This document shows positions 17,783-30,155 of a DNA stretch of 64,000 nucleotides, piece after piece. Location of the stretch: assembly GCA_963724555.1 (NCBI GenBank), contig CAVRVE010000028.1, forward strand, positions 145,026-209,025, written 5' to 3'. The stretch comes from an uncultured Acidobacteriota bacterium (GTDB lineage Bacteria > Acidobacteriota > Vicinamibacteria > Fen-336). The position numbers were made by a program, and so were the translations under genes. Position 1 is the first letter of the stretch, and every line of letters starts with the position of its first letter. The notes below the pieces were generated by a model. It was not told the DNA's origin. It did not search any database and saw nothing but the letters and a program-made list of their open reading frames with translations.

Positions 17783-19607
17783 TACTTCATCTCCTCGATG
17801 ATCTGCTTCAGCTCGGCCGGCATCTCCGGGATCGGCTCGCGGTCGACCTGCATCGCGCCGTCCTCGGCCCTTGCGGACCACGATGTTGACCTTGCCCCAC
17901 GCCGCGTCCTTGTCCGGGAAGTCCTCGCGGAAGTGGGCGCCGCGGCTCTCCTTGCGCTCGAGCGCCGCGCGCGCGACCGCCTCGGAGACCGTGAGCAGGT
18001 TCGGCAGGTCGAGCGCCGTGTGCCAGCCGGGGTTGTACTCGCGGTTGCCGGCGACGCCGACACGCGCCGCGCGCGCTCGCGCAGCTTCGCGAGCGCCTCG
18101 AGCGCGCTGCTCCATCTCGCCCTCGCGTGCGCACGATGCCGACGAGGTCCTGCATCATCTCCTGCAGCTCGTGCTGGATCTGCGTACGGGTTCTCGCCGC
18201 CGTCGCCGCGCTCGAACGGCTCGAGCGCGCTCGGCGCGCCGCGGCCTCGACCTGCGCCGTCGTCGATCGCGGCCGGCGCCGTTCTCCTTCGCGAACCGCG
18301 CCGCGTACTCGCCGGCGCGCTTGCCGAAGACCAGCAGGTCGGAGAGCGAGTTGCCGCCGAGGCGATTGGCGCCGTGGAGGCCCGCCGCGCACTCGCCCGC
18401 GGCGAAGAGGCCGGGCACCGTCGACATCTGCGTGTCGGCGTCGACGCGCACGCCGCCCATCACGTAGTGCGTGGTCGGGCCCGACCTCCATCGGCTCCTT
18501 CGTGATGTCGATGTCGGCGAGCTGCTTGAACTGGTGGTACATGCTCGGCAGCTTCGCTTGATGTGCTCCGCGGCGTTCGGGATCCGCTCCTTGATCCAGG
18601 CGATGTCGAGGAAGACGCCGCCGTGCGGGCTGCCGCGCCCTGCCTTGACCTCGCGCATGATGCAGCGCGCGACGTGGTCGCGCGTGAGCAGCTCCGGCGG
18701 CCGGCGCGCGTTCTTGTCGCCCTGCGTGTAGCGCCAGCCCTCCTCCTCGTTGTCGGCGGTCTGGCTCTTGTAGTTCTCGGGGATGTCGTCGAACATGAAG
18801 CGGCGGCCTTCCTTGTTGCGCAGGACGCCGCCCTCGCCGCGCACGCCCTCGGTGACCAGGATGCCCCGCACGCTCGGCGGCCAGACCATGCCGGTGGGAT
18901 GGAACTGCACGAACTCCATGTCCATGCAGCTCGGCGCCCGCGTCGTAGGCGAGCGCGTGGCCGTCGCCGGTGTACTCCCAGCTGTTGCTGGTGATCTTGT
19001 AGGCGCGGCCGATGCCGCCGGTCGCGAGCACGACCGCCTTCGCGCGGAAGACGCGGAAGCGCCCGCGCTCGCGGTCGTAGCCGAAGGCGCCCGCGACGCG
19101 CCCGCCGTCCTTCAGCAGCGCTGACGACCGTGCACTCCATGTGCACGTCGATGCCCTGGTGGATGCCGTGGTCCTGGAGCGTGCGGATCATCTCGAGGCC
19201 GGTGCGGTCGCCGACGTGCGCGAGGCGCGGATAGCGGTGGCCGCCGAAGTTGCGCTGCAGGATGCGGCCGTCCGTCGTGCGGTCGAAGAGCGCGCCCCAG
19301 GCCTCGAGCTCGCGCACGCGGTCGGGCGCCTCCTTGGCGTGCAGCTCGGCCATGCGCCAGTTGTTGACGTACTGGCCGCCGCGCATCGTGTCGGCGAAGT
19401 GCACCCGCCAGTTGTCGCGGTCGTCGACGTTGGCGAGCGCCGCCGCGACGCCGCCCTCGGCCATCACGGTGTGCGCCTTGCCGAGCAGCGACTTGCAGAC
19501 GAGGCCGACCGTCACGCCGCCGGCCGCGGCCTCGATCGCGGCGCGCAGGCCCGCGCCGCCGGCGCCGATGACGAGCACGTCGTGGTCGTGCGTCTGGTAG
19601 TCGGCCA

Positions 19608-19608
<1 letters not shown>
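17782..19608 (-). CDS. sdhA: succinate dehydrogenase/fumarate reductase flavoprotein subunit; at least eight frame breaks
   Basis: Starts MADYQTHDHDVLVIGAGGAGLRAAIEAA (FAD fold). Then ...ATGGIGRAYKITSNSWEYTGDGHALAYDAGAEL / MDMEFVQFHPTGMVWPPSVRGILVTEGVRGEGGVL / KLPSMYHQFKQLADIDITKEPMEVGP / TTHYVMGGVRVDADTQMSTVPGLFAAGECA..LHGANRLGGNSL / IQHELQEMMQDLVGIVRT / NREYNPGWHTALDLPNLLTVSEAVARAALERKESRGAHFREDFP / AEDGAMQVDREPIPEMPAELKQIIEEMK. Fragments are spread over ORFs 18460..19857, 17808..19031, 18155..18925, 17561..18115 and 17782..18063. Confidence 0.85.
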
Positions 19609-21246
<1,638 letters not shown>

Positions 21247-21247
<1 letters not shown>

Positions 21248-21798
21248 CAGGCCTTTCTGCCGAGCTCCTGGCGCACGAGCGCCACGAGCGGGCCGTCGAC
21301 GAGCACGAGCCGCAGCGTCTTCAGGCTGGTGTCGGGGTGGGCGCGCATGAACTCGCGCACGGCGCGCACGTAGGCGCGCGCGCAGACCTCGAGCGGGACG
21401 GCGAAGATCCCGCTGCTCACGGCCGGGAACGAGACCGACTCGAAGCCGCGCTCGTGGGCGCGCAGGAAAGCCGCGCCGAGCGCCTGCACCAGCCGCTCTT
21501 CCTCGCGCCCGATCCCCTGCTGCGGGCCGACGGCGTGGATCACACCCTTGAAAGGCAGCTTGCCCGCGGTCGTCACGACGGCCTCGCCGACCGCCAGCGG
21601 CCCGTGCGCGGCGACGATGCGCTCGCCCTCCTGCACCAGTGCGTCCCCCGCGGCGCGCGCGATCGCCGCAGCGACGCCGCCGCCGTGCACCAGGTGCCCG
21701 TTCGCGGCGTTGACGATCGCGTCCGTGGTCTCGGCGAGCAGGTTGGAGAGGACGACCTCGAAGGCGCGGCCCCCCGGGTACTCCTCGCGCGCGATCAT
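21247..21798 (-). CDS. macro domain (ADP-ribose binding / O-acetyl-ADP-ribose deacetylase-like) protein
   Basis: AIVNAANGHLVHGGGVAAAI ... GEAVVTTAGKLPFKGVIHAVGP ... SFPAVSSGIFAVP. The stop overlaps the crcB start. Confidence 0.85.
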
Positions 21799-21825
21799 CG
21801 GCGCACCACGCTCGGGCGTGTCACT

Positions 21826-22794
21826 TCAGGGGACGAGCAGCAGCTTGCCCGTCGTCTGCCGCGACTCGAGCGCCTGGTGCGCGGCCGCGGCCTCCGCGAG
21901 CGGGAAAGCGCGGTCGATGCGGACCTCGAGCCGTTTCGCGGCCACCTGCCCGAGCACGTCCGCGGCGCGCGCCTCGAGGCTCGCGCGGTCCGCGACGTAG
22001 TGGAAGAGGGTCGGCCGCGTCATGAACAGCGAGCCCTTCTGCGAGAGCAGCAGCGGATCGAGCGGTCCGACCGGCCCGCTCGCGTTGCCGAAGAAGACCA
22101 TCATCCCGCGCAGCGCGAGGCAGTCGAGGCTCTTGAGCGCCGTCTCCTTGCCGACGCCGTCGTACACCACGTCGACCCCGCGGCCGTTCGTCAGGCGCTT
22201 GACCGCGGCCAGGAAGTCCTCCTGCCGATAGAGGATCACCTCGTCGGCGCCGGCCGCGCGCGCGAGCCTGGCCTTCGGCTCGCCGCCGACCGTTCCGATC
22301 ACGCGCGCTCCGCGCTGCTTCGCCATCTGCACGAGCAGCAGGCCGACGCCTCCCGCCGCGGCATGGACGAGGCAGGTGTGACCCTTGGCGAGCGGGAACG
22401 TGCTCGTCGTCAGGTAGTGCGCGGTCATGCCCTGGAGCATCACCGCGGCGGCCGTCCGCAGCTCGACGCCCTCCGGCACGGCCACGGCCTTGTCGGCCGC
22501 CATCTTCACGCTCGCGGCGTAGGAGCCGATCGCGCTCGTCCACGCGACGCGGTCGCCGATGCGGAAGAGCGTGACCTCGGGCCCGACGGCGGTCACGACT
22601 CCCGCGCCCTCCATTCCGGGCACGAACGGCAGCGGGTTCGGGTAGAGCCCGGTGCGGTGGTAGGTGTCGAGGTAGTTGATCCCCGACGCCTCGCAGCGAA
22701 CGACGATCTCGCCGTTGCCCGGCACCGGATCGGGGACGTCCGCGAGGCGCAGCACCTCGGGACCTCCGAACGCGTCGACGCGAATCGCCCTCAT
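21826..22794 (-). CDS. qor: NADPH:quinone oxidoreductase (zeta-crystallin type MDR)
   Basis: ORF 21826..23415 trimmed to the ATG at 22792-22794. MRAIRVDAFGGPEVLRLADVPDPVPGNGEIVVRCEASGINYLDTYHRTGLYP...LVHAAAGGVGLLLVQMAKQRGARVIGTV...ESRQTTGKLLLVP. Confidence 0.85.
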   Translation of the reverse strand: MRAIRVDAFGGPEVLRLADVPDPVPGNGEIVVRCEASGINYLDTYHRTGLYPNPLPFVPGMEGAGVVTAVGPEVTLFRIGDRVAWTSAIGSYAASVKMAADKAVAVPEGVELRTAAAVMLQGMTAHYLTTSTFPLAKGHTCLVHAAAGGVGLLLVQMAKQRGARVIGTVGGEPKARLARAAGADEVILYRQEDFLAAVKRLTNGRGVDVVYDGVGKETALKSLDCLALRGMMVFFGNASGPVGPLDPLLLSQKGSLFMTRPTLFHYVADRASLEARAADVLGQVAAKRLEVRIDRAFPLAEAAAAHQALESRQTTGKLLLVP

Positions 22795-22854
22795 GCGAAC
22801 GCCTCCTCGGGAGCCCCGGGCTAGCCTACGACGAGTCATGCTAACCTCGCCAGA

Positions 22855-23397
22855 GTGAGGACGCTCAGCCGGCGAGAGAAGGTGATGCTTTCGCTCGTGG
22901 CGCTCACGGTGCTGGCGCTCGTGTTCCTGCGCCTCAAGGACAACGCAGGAACGCCGGCCGCCCGGGCGCGCGCCGAGGCGCTTCCGCCGCCCGTGCCGCG
23001 CATCGACCTCGCCCGTCTCGCGACGGAGCGCCCCGAGACCACGGCGGGACACCGCGATCTCTTCCGCTTCGGCTCGGCCGCGCGCGACGAGGACGAAGCC
23101 GAGAAGCTGCCCGTGCCGGCGCAGACGCCGGAGCCCGTCCCGACGCCGCCGGTCGAGACCGCGTACGTTCCGCCGCCCGGACCGCCGCCGCTCAACCTCA
23201 AGTACCTGGGGTCGGTCGAGAACCGCGCCGGCGTGAAGGTCGCGGTGCTGATGACCGACCGCAAGGAGGTCCTCACCGGCCAGATGGGCGAGATGGTGGC
23301 GAACCGCTATCGGATCGCGCGCATCGGGCTCGAGTCGGTGGACCTCGAGGACGTGGGCTCGGGCCAATCGCGACGCATCCCGCTGCGCGGGAACTAG
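22855..23397 (+). CDS. hypothetical single-pass membrane protein with Pro-rich linker and small C-terminal beta domain (PilP/GspC-like, inferred)
   Basis: N-terminal TM segment VMLSLVALTVLALVFL, linker PVPAQTPEPVPTPPVETAYVPPPGPPP, and C-terminus LKYLGSVENRAGVKVAVLMTDRKEVLTGQMGEMVANRYRIARIGLESVDLEDV. The start codon is uncertain. Confidence 0.55.
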   Translation: MRTLSRREKVMLSLVALTVLALVFLRLKDNAGTPAARARAEALPPPVPRIDLARLATERPETTAGHRDLFRFGSAARDEDEAEKLPVPAQTPEPVPTPPVETAYVPPPGPPPLNLKYLGSVENRAGVKVAVLMTDRKEVLTGQMGEMVANRYRIARIGLESVDLEDVGSGQSRRIPLRGN

Positions 23398-23417
23398 ACG
23401 ACCGGCGTTCGACACTC

Positions 23418-25154
23418 ATGCTACGGGGCATCCTCGACGAGAAGCGCAAGAGCCTGCTCAGGGAGCTGCACCGCCAGCTCGCTGAGCTGCGGGTGCTGCT
23501 CGTGCGCGTCGAGACCTCGGAGGAGCACCAGAAGGCGCTCGCGCGCGCCATCAGCCAGCTCGACGAGCTGTTCCTGCTGGTGGTGGTCGGCGAGTTCAAC
23601 GCGGGCAAGAGCGCGGTGATCAACGCGCTGCTCGGCGAGAAGGTGCTCGAGGAGGGGCCCACCCCCACGACCTCGCGGGTCGAGCTCGTCAAGTACGGCG
23701 CCGAGCGCAAGCGCACGCCCGCCGGCGGCGCTTTCGAGGAGGTCGCGCTGCCGCTCGAGCTCCTGCGCGAGATGAACATCGTCGACACCCCCGGCACGAA
23801 CGCCGTCGTCGAGGGTCACGAGGCGCTGACGCGCGACTTCGTGCCGCGCTCGGAGCTGGTGCTGTTCGTGACCTCCGCCGATCGGCCGTTCACGGAGAGC
23901 GAGCGGCAGTTCCTCGCGACGATCCGCGACTGGGGCAAGAAGGTGGTGGTCGCGGTCAACAAGATCGACATCCTGGAGGGTCCGGCCGACGTCGAGAAGG
24001 TGGTCGAGTTCGTGCGCGACAAGCTGCGGGAGCTCCTCGGCCTGCGCCCCGAGGTGTTCGGAGTCTCGGCGCGCCAGACCTGGAAGGCGAAGACGGCGGG
24101 CTACCTGCCCGACGCGGCGCGCAACGGCTTCGGAGCGCTCGAGGCGTACCTCTCGCGCACGCTCGACGACGTCGGCCGCCTGCGCGTCAAGCTCGAGAGC
24201 CCGCTGGGCGTCGCCGACCGCGCGATCGAGGTCGCGGCGAGCGGGGCGAAATCCCGGCTGGCGACGCTCGCCGAGGACGAGGCGGCGCTCAAGGAGGTCG
24301 AGGGCCTGATCGCGCAGCACCTGCAGGAGACGGCGCGTGATCAGCGCGTGCGGGTGTCCGAGGCCGAGAAGCCGCTGCTCGAGCTCGAGACGCGCGGGGA
24401 CGCGTTCCTCGACCGCACGCTGCGCCTGCCTCGCGCGCTCTCGCTGCTCGACCGCGAGCAGACCGCCGCGCTCTTCCGGCAGGACGTGATGGGCGGACTG
24501 CAGGCCGCGATCGAGAAGCGGGCCGACGGGCTGGCGGACGCCGTCGCGGCCGCAGACGCCCGCCTCTGGCCCACCGTGGTCGAGCGCGTCAACAAGCGGA
24601 GCGAGACGCACGCCTCGCGCGGAGGCGGCCCGCCGATCGCGGTGCCCGCGCCGGACCAGGCCCGGCTGCGGCAGGCTTTCGCGCGCGACGCGGCGCGCGC
24701 GCTCGAGAGCTTCTCGCCCCGCGAGGAGCCGGCGCGCTTCGCGCGCGCGGCGCAGCGCTCGGCGGCCGCGACGCTGCTCCTGCTCCTGCTCGCCATCGTC
24801 GGCGCGGGCATCGGCCTGCTGCAGGCCGAGACCGCCGCGACCGCCGTCACGGCCGGCGTCGTCGGCGCGGTCGTCGCGCTGGCTGCGCCGTTGCCGCTCC
24901 CGATCCAGCGCGCTCGCGAGAAGGCGCGCCTCGGGGAAGCAGTCGGCGCCCTGCGGCAGCGGCTCGCGGCAACGCTGCGCGCCGGCTGCGACCGCGAGCT
25001 CGAGCTCGGGCACAGGAAGCTGCAGGAGGCGATCCTGCCGTTCGCACGCTTCGTGCGCGCCGACGGCGAGCGCCTGCGCGCGCAGTCGCAGGAGCTCGCC
25101 GCGCGCAAGCGCGACCTCGACACGCTGCGCACGCGCATCGCGGGACTGCGCTAG
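23418..25154 (+). CDS. bacterial dynamin-like GTPase
   Basis: G1 VVVGEFNAGKSAVINALLG, G3 DTPGTN and G4 VAVNKID. Followed by a long helical stalk and a C-terminal hydrophobic paddle (AAATLLLLLLAIVGAGIGLLQAETAATAVTAGVVGAVVALAA). Confidence 0.85.
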   Translation: MLRGILDEKRKSLLRELHRQLAELRVLLVRVETSEEHQKALARAISQLDELFLLVVVGEFNAGKSAVINALLGEKVLEEGPTPTTSRVELVKYGAERKRTPAGGAFEEVALPLELLREMNIVDTPGTNAVVEGHEALTRDFVPRSELVLFVTSADRPFTESERQFLATIRDWGKKVVVAVNKIDILEGPADVEKVVEFVRDKLRELLGLRPEVFGVSARQTWKAKTAGYLPDAARNGFGALEAYLSRTLDDVGRLRVKLESPLGVADRAIEVAASGAKSRLATLAEDEAALKEVEGLIAQHLQETARDQRVRVSEAEKPLLELETRGDAFLDRTLRLPRALSLLDREQTAALFRQDVMGGLQAAIEKRADGLADAVAAADARLWPTVVERVNKRSETHASRGGGPPIAVPAPDQARLRQAFARDAARALESFSPREEPARFARAAQRSAAATLLLLLLAIVGAGIGLLQAETAATAVTAGVVGAVVALAAPLPLPIQRAREKARLGEAVGALRQRLAATLRAGCDRELELGHRKLQEAILPFARFVRADGERLRAQSQELAARKRDLDTLRTRIAGLR

Positions 25155-25155
25155 C

Positions 25156-25980
25156 TTGGCCGAGATCACGCCGTCCCCCGCCGCGACCGAGGCCGGGACG
25201 CTCTTCGCCCGCTTCGTCGAGCTGATCGCGCGGCTGCGCGCACCGGGCGGCTGCCCGTGGGACCGCGAGCAGACCCACGAGAGCGTCAAGCCGATGACGA
25301 TCGAGGAGGCCTACGAGGTGGCCCACGCGATCGACGAGAAGGACGACGCCGAGCTCGCGGGCGAGCTCGGCGACCTGCTGCTCCAGGTGGTGTTCCACGC
25401 GAACATCGCCGAGGAGCGGGGGGCCTTCCGCCTGCGCCAGGTGATCGAGCGCGTGGCGGAGAAGATGGTGAGGCGCCACCCCCACGTCTTCGCCGACGAC
25501 GGGGCTTCGACCTCCGGCGAGGTGCTCCGCAACTGGGAGGCGATCAAGGCCGCCGAGCGGGCGCAGAAGGGCAAGGAGGACGCGTCGATGCTCGACAGCG
25601 TCCACACGGGCCTGCCCGCGGTCATGGAGGCGTTCCAGCTGACGACGAAGGTCTCGCGCGTGGGCTTCGACTGGCCGGGGCCCGGCGACGCCCTGCTGAA
25701 GCTGGACGAGGAGGCGGGCGAGCTGCGCGAGGCCGTGCGCGAGAAGGCCGACGCGCGCCGCGTCGCGGAGGAGGTCGGCGACCTGCTGTTCGTGGCGGTC
25801 AACGTCGCCCGGCTGACCGGCGTCGATCCGGAGAGCGCTCTCAAGGCCGCCAACCGCAAGTTCCGGCGCCGTTTCCAGTTCATCGAGGAGCGCCTGCGCG
25901 GCGAGGGCAAGAAGCCCGCCGACTCGACGCTCGAGGAGATGGACCGGCTCTGGAACGAGGCGAAGAGCCGGGAACGCTGA
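25156..25980 (+). CDS. mazG: nucleoside triphosphate pyrophosphohydrolase MazG
   Basis: GGCPWDREQTHESVKPMTIEEAYEVAHAI, ELGDLLLQVVFHA, and a second MazG repeat EEVGDLLFVAVNVAR. TTG start. Confidence 0.9.
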   Translation: MAEITPSPAATEAGTLFARFVELIARLRAPGGCPWDREQTHESVKPMTIEEAYEVAHAIDEKDDAELAGELGDLLLQVVFHANIAEERGAFRLRQVIERVAEKMVRRHPHVFADDGASTSGEVLRNWEAIKAAERAQKGKEDASMLDSVHTGLPAVMEAFQLTTKVSRVGFDWPGPGDALLKLDEEAGELREAVREKADARRVAEEVGDLLFVAVNVARLTGVDPESALKAANRKFRRRFQFIEERLRGEGKKPADSTLEEMDRLWNEAKSRER

Positions 25981-26068
25981 CGACGCTCACCGTCGAATAA
26001 GCCCCGTTCGCCGATTCCTGCGGGCCGCGTGGAACCGCCGTGACCCGTACGCGTAGACTCCTCGCGAG

Positions 26069-26986
26069 ATGCGCGAGAGCCTGCTCACGGTACGCGACGC
26101 CCGCAAGTCTTTCGGCGGCACGCCGGCGCTCCAGGGCGCCTCGCTCGCGCTCGACGCGGGCGAGCTGCTCGGCCTCCTGGGCCCGAACGGGGCCGGCAAG
26201 ACGACGCTCGTGCGCGCGATCGCCGGGCGCGTGCGGCTCGACGGCGGCGAGATCGCGCTCGCGGGGCGGGCGCTGCGGCCCGAGAGCCCGCGCGCCGAGC
26301 TCGGCGTCGTTCCGCAGGAGATCGCCGTCTACGCGCAGCTCACGGCGCGCGAGAACCTCGAGGTGTTCGGACGTCTCCACGGGCTCTCGCGGCAGGCGCT
26401 GCCGGAGCGCGTCGCGTGGGCGCTCGCCTGGACCGGCCTCGACGCGCGGGCCGACGAGCCGGTGAAGCGCTTCTCGGGCGGGATGCGCCGCCGGCTCAAC
26501 ATCGCGTGCGGCGTGCTGCACGAGCCGCGCGTGCTGCTGCTCGACGAGCCCACCGTCGGCGTCGATCCGCAGAGCCGCGAGCGGATCTACGAGATGCTGT
26601 CCGCGCTGCGCAAGCGCGGGACCTCGCTGCTGCTCACCACGCACCAGCTCGACGAGGCCGAGGGCCTCTGCGACCGGATCGTGGTGATCGATCACGGGCG
26701 CGTGGCGGCTGCGGGAACGCTCCAGCAGCTGATCGCGAGCACGGTCGGCGAGCGCCGGCACGTCTCGCTCTCGGTCGAGCGCCTGCCGGAGCGCCCGCTC
26801 GCCGGGCTCGCGGCCGACGCCGACGGCCACACGCTCCGCGCCGAGGTCCGGGACGTCGCGGCGGAGCTCCCGGCGCTGCTGCAGCAGGCGGCCGCGGCCG
26901 GCCTGGTCGTGCGCGACGTCGCCGTGAAGGGCCCGAGCCTGCACGCCGTCTTCATCCACCTCACGGGAAGGGAGCTGCGCGAGTGA
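26069..26986 (+). CDS. ABC transporter ATP-binding protein (ABC-2 exporter type)
   Basis: Walker [10 protein letters not shown], signature [12 protein letters not shown], Walker [13 protein letters not shown]-loop TTHQ. Confidence 0.9.
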   Translation: MRESLLTVRDARKSFGGTPALQGASLALDAGELLGLLGPNGAGKTTLVRAIAGRVRLDGGEIALAGRALRPESPRAELGVVPQEIAVYAQLTARENLEVFGRLHGLSRQALPERVAWALAWTGLDARADEPVKRFSGGMRRRLNIACGVLHEPRVLLLDEPTVGVDPQSRERIYEMLSALRKRGTSLLLTTHQLDEAEGLCDRIVVIDHGRVAAAGTLQQLIASTVGERRHVSLSVERLPERPLAGLAADADGHTLRAEVRDVAAELPALLQQAAAAGLVVRDVAVKGPSLHAVFIHLTGRELRE

Positions 26987-28262
26987 TCGCCACGGTGCTC
27001 CGGATCTCGCGCCTCAACCTGAGCCGCGACCGCGTCGCGCAGCTGATGGCCTTCGTGCTGCCGCTCGCCTTCTTCTCGATCTTCGCGCTCGTGTTCGGGC
27101 AGCAGCCGCGGCGCAGCCCGAACCCCGTGCGCGTGGCGCTCGTCGACGAGGACCGCAGCGACGCGAGCCGGGCGTTCGTGAAGGCGCTCGAGCACGAGGC
27201 CGCGCTGCGGCCGCTGACCACGGCCCGGCCGCGCGGCGGCCCGGCGAGCGCAGCCGTCCGTGCCGCTCGACCGCCCGCGCGCCGAGTCGCTGGTGAAGGA
27301 CGGCGACGCTCCGGCCGCGGTGGTGCTGCCCTTCGGGCTTCGGCGCGGCGTTCGGGAGCGCCGGGACGCCGCCACGCGCCGAGCTGCTGGTCGATCCGTC
27401 GGACCCGATCGCGACGCCGCTCCTGCGCGGCCTGCTGCAGAAGGCGGCGGCGACGGCGCAGCCGAAGGCCTTCGCGAGGCGCGGGCTCGAGATGTTCGAG
27501 AAGTACGCCGGCGGCATGACGCCCCAGCAGCGCGGGGTGATGGACGCGTGGCTCAGCCAGGCCGCGACCGGCGACGGCGCGGGCGAGGCGGCGGGCGCGG
27601 GCGTCGCCGAGCTGCTGGGCGTCGACGTGCACGAGGTGGTCGGGCAGCGGGGCCCGGACGGCTCGATGGTCGCGTTCTTCGCGGCCGGCGTCGGGGTGAT
27701 GTTCCTGCTCTTCAGCTGCTCCGCCGCCGGCGGCGCGCTGCTCGAGGAGGTGGAGTCGGGAACGCTCGAGCGCCTGCTCGGCACGCCGCTCGGCATGGGC
27801 CGCCTGCTCGCGGGCAAGTGGCTGTTCATCACGCTCACGGGCGTGCTGCAGGTCACGCTGATGTTCGCCTGGGGCGCGCTCGTCTTCGGCCTCGAGCTAC
27901 TGTCCCACCTGGCTGGCTTCGCCCTGATGACGCTCGCCACGGCCGGCGCGGCCGCGGGCTTCGGCCTCGTGCTCGCGACGGCGTGCCGCTCGCGCGGGCA
28001 GCTGAGCGGCATCGGCACGATCGTGATCCTGATGATGTCGGCGCTCGGCGGCAGCATGTTCCCGCGCTTCCTGATGAGCGAGAAGATGCAGAAGCTCGGC
28101 CTCTTCACCTTCAACGGCTGGGCGCTCGACGGCTACATCAAGGTCTTCTGGCGCAACGCCCCGCTCGTGGAGCTCTGGCCGCAGCTGCTGGTGCTCGTGC
28201 TGCTGACGGCCGCTTTCCTGACGATCGCACGCCGGCTCGCCCGGCGCTGGGAGACGGTCTAG
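26983..28262 (+). CDS. ABC-2 type transporter permease; two frame breaks
   Basis: GTG at 26983 overlaps the ATPase stop. [39 protein letters not shown], then (ORF 27260.. piece) [24 protein letters not shown], then ORF 27492..28262: [33 protein letters not shown]...[11 protein letters not shown]. Breaks near 27245 and 27345. Confidence 0.7.
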
Positions 28263-29438
28263 CCGGCGACGGACGACGGCGCCGGGGCGGGCGCGCTCGC
28301 CGCCGCGTCCGGGAGCGTGAAGCAGACCGTCGTCCCCTTCCCCTTGCCCTCCGATTCGACCCACACGCGCCCGTGGTGCTGGTCCACGATGCGCTTGATG
28401 AGCGCGAGCCCGACGCCGCTGCCCTCGCTGTCGGGGTCGAGCTTCTCGAACAGCCCGAAGACGCGGTCGCGAAAGCGCGGATCGATGCCGATCCCGTTGT
28501 CCCGGACGAAGAACACCCTCTCGCCGGCCTGCTCGCGCATGCCGATCTCGACCTGCGGGTGCTTCTGGTCGCCCATGAACTTGGCGGCGTTGTCGACCAG
28601 GTTCTGCATCACCTCGACGAGGCGCGCCCGGTCGCCCCACACCGTCGGCAGGCCCTCCGCGACCGCGACGCCGACTCCGCGCTGGCGCAGGCGGCCCGCC
28701 ACGAGCGCCAGCCGCGTCGTGGGCGAGCGCGGCGAAGGCGATCGTCTGCGGCGGATTCACGACGCGCCCGATGCGCGACAGCTCCAGGAGCTCGCTCAGC
28801 AGCCGCTGCATCTTGTCGACGGCGTCGCGGATGCGGCCGAGGTCGGCGCGCACGCGCTCGAGGTTGCCCGCCACGGCGTCCTGCTCCACGAACGAGAGGA
28901 AGCCGCGGATCGTGATCAGCGGGCTCTTGAGGTCGTGCGACACGGTGTAGGCGAAGCGCTCGAGCTCGGCGTTCTTGGCCTCGAGCTCGCGGATCAGCGT
29001 CTCGCGCTCGGCCTCGACCTTCTTGCGCTCGGTGATGTCCTGGACCGCGCCGTAGATGCCGACCAGCTGGTTCCTGACCGGGTCCCAGACCGGGTGGCCC
29101 CAGACGCGCACCCAGCGCATCTCGCCGCTCTTCGTGAAGGTGCGCACCTCGGTCACGACCTGGCGGTTCGCCCGCAGCGCCTCCATGTCGCGCGCGTCCT
29201 GCTCGCGGTCGTCGGGGTGGAGCGCCGCCAGCCAGCCGCCGCGCGCCATGTACTCCTCGTAGCCGTAGCCGGTGATGCGCTCGAAGGCGCCGGCCACCCA
29301 GTGGTGGAAGAGCGAGCCGTCGGGGTTGATGCGCGTGGAGAAGGTGTAGTCCGAGATGATCTGCGAGATCAGGCGGTAGCGCTCTTCGCTCTCCGCGAGT
29401 CCCTGCGAGCCGTGTTGGGAGCCGCCTTCGTCCTGCAT
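28259..29438 (-). CDS. PAS-domain sensor histidine kinase; one frame break
   Basis: PAS domain (ERYRLISQIISDYTFS...GAVQDITERKKVE), HisKA H-box FAYTVSHDLKSPL, and HATPase region (ORF 28259..28702: VMQNLVDNAAKF, RDNGIGID, GSGVGLALIKRIV). Break near 28715. Confidence 0.85.
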
Positions 29439-29483
29439 CCGGGGCGCGCCGCGCGCGGCCCCATTCTACGGCCGGCGCCGGCC

Positions 29484-30155
29484 TCAGAGCACCGAAAGCA
29501 GGAAGCGCCGCAGGTCGGCGACCTCCTCCAGGCACACGCTGTGGGGCATCGGGTAGCTGTGCCACTCGACCGGACAGCCGACGGACGTCAGCGTCTCGCG
29601 GGAGGCCTCGCCGAGCGCCTGCGGCAGGATCGGATCGAACTGGCCGTGCGCCATGAACACCGGCAGCCCGGCGTTCGCGGGATGCAGCTCCTCCGGCAGC
29701 GTCTCGCCGAGCGGGAGGTAGGTCGAGAGCGCCACGATCGCCGCCCAGCCGCTCCGGCCAGCGCAGCGCCGTGAAGAGCGCCATCGCCCCGCCCTGGGAG
29801 AAGCCCGCGATCAGGATGCGGCTCGCGGCGATCCCGCGCTCGCGCTCGCGCTCGACGAGCGCGCCGATCGCCTCGGCCGACTCGCGGATCCCCCGCTCGT
29901 CCTGGGCCGCGCGCCGGTCGAACCCCGCGACGTCGTACCAGGCGCGCATGCGCTGCCCGCCGTTGATCGTGACCGCTCGCACGGGCGCGTGCGGGAACAC
30001 GAAGCGCACGGCCGGGCTCGCCCCGAGCCGCAGCTCCGGAACCAGCGACTCGAAGTCGTGGCCGTCGGCGCCGAGGCCGTGCATCCAGACGACTGCGGCG
30101 TCCGCGGGCGCGTCGGCGGCTCGAGCTCGACCGTCTCGAGACGGAGCGCGCTCAC
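29484..30155 (-). CDS. phospholipase/carboxylesterase-family alpha/beta hydrolase; two frame breaks, start uncertain
   Basis: AAVVWMHGLGADGHDFESLVPEL, nucleophile elbow AGFSQGGAMA, and C-terminal ORF 29484..29735 (FMAHGQFDPILP...YPMPHSVC). Breaks near 30120 and 29760. Putative GTG start at 30153-30155. Confidence 0.7.

Noticed and set aside
23421-25289. 622-aa ORF antisense to the dynamin-like GTPase
   Set aside because: Shadow ORF. The plus strand carries the G1, G3 and G4 GTPase motifs.
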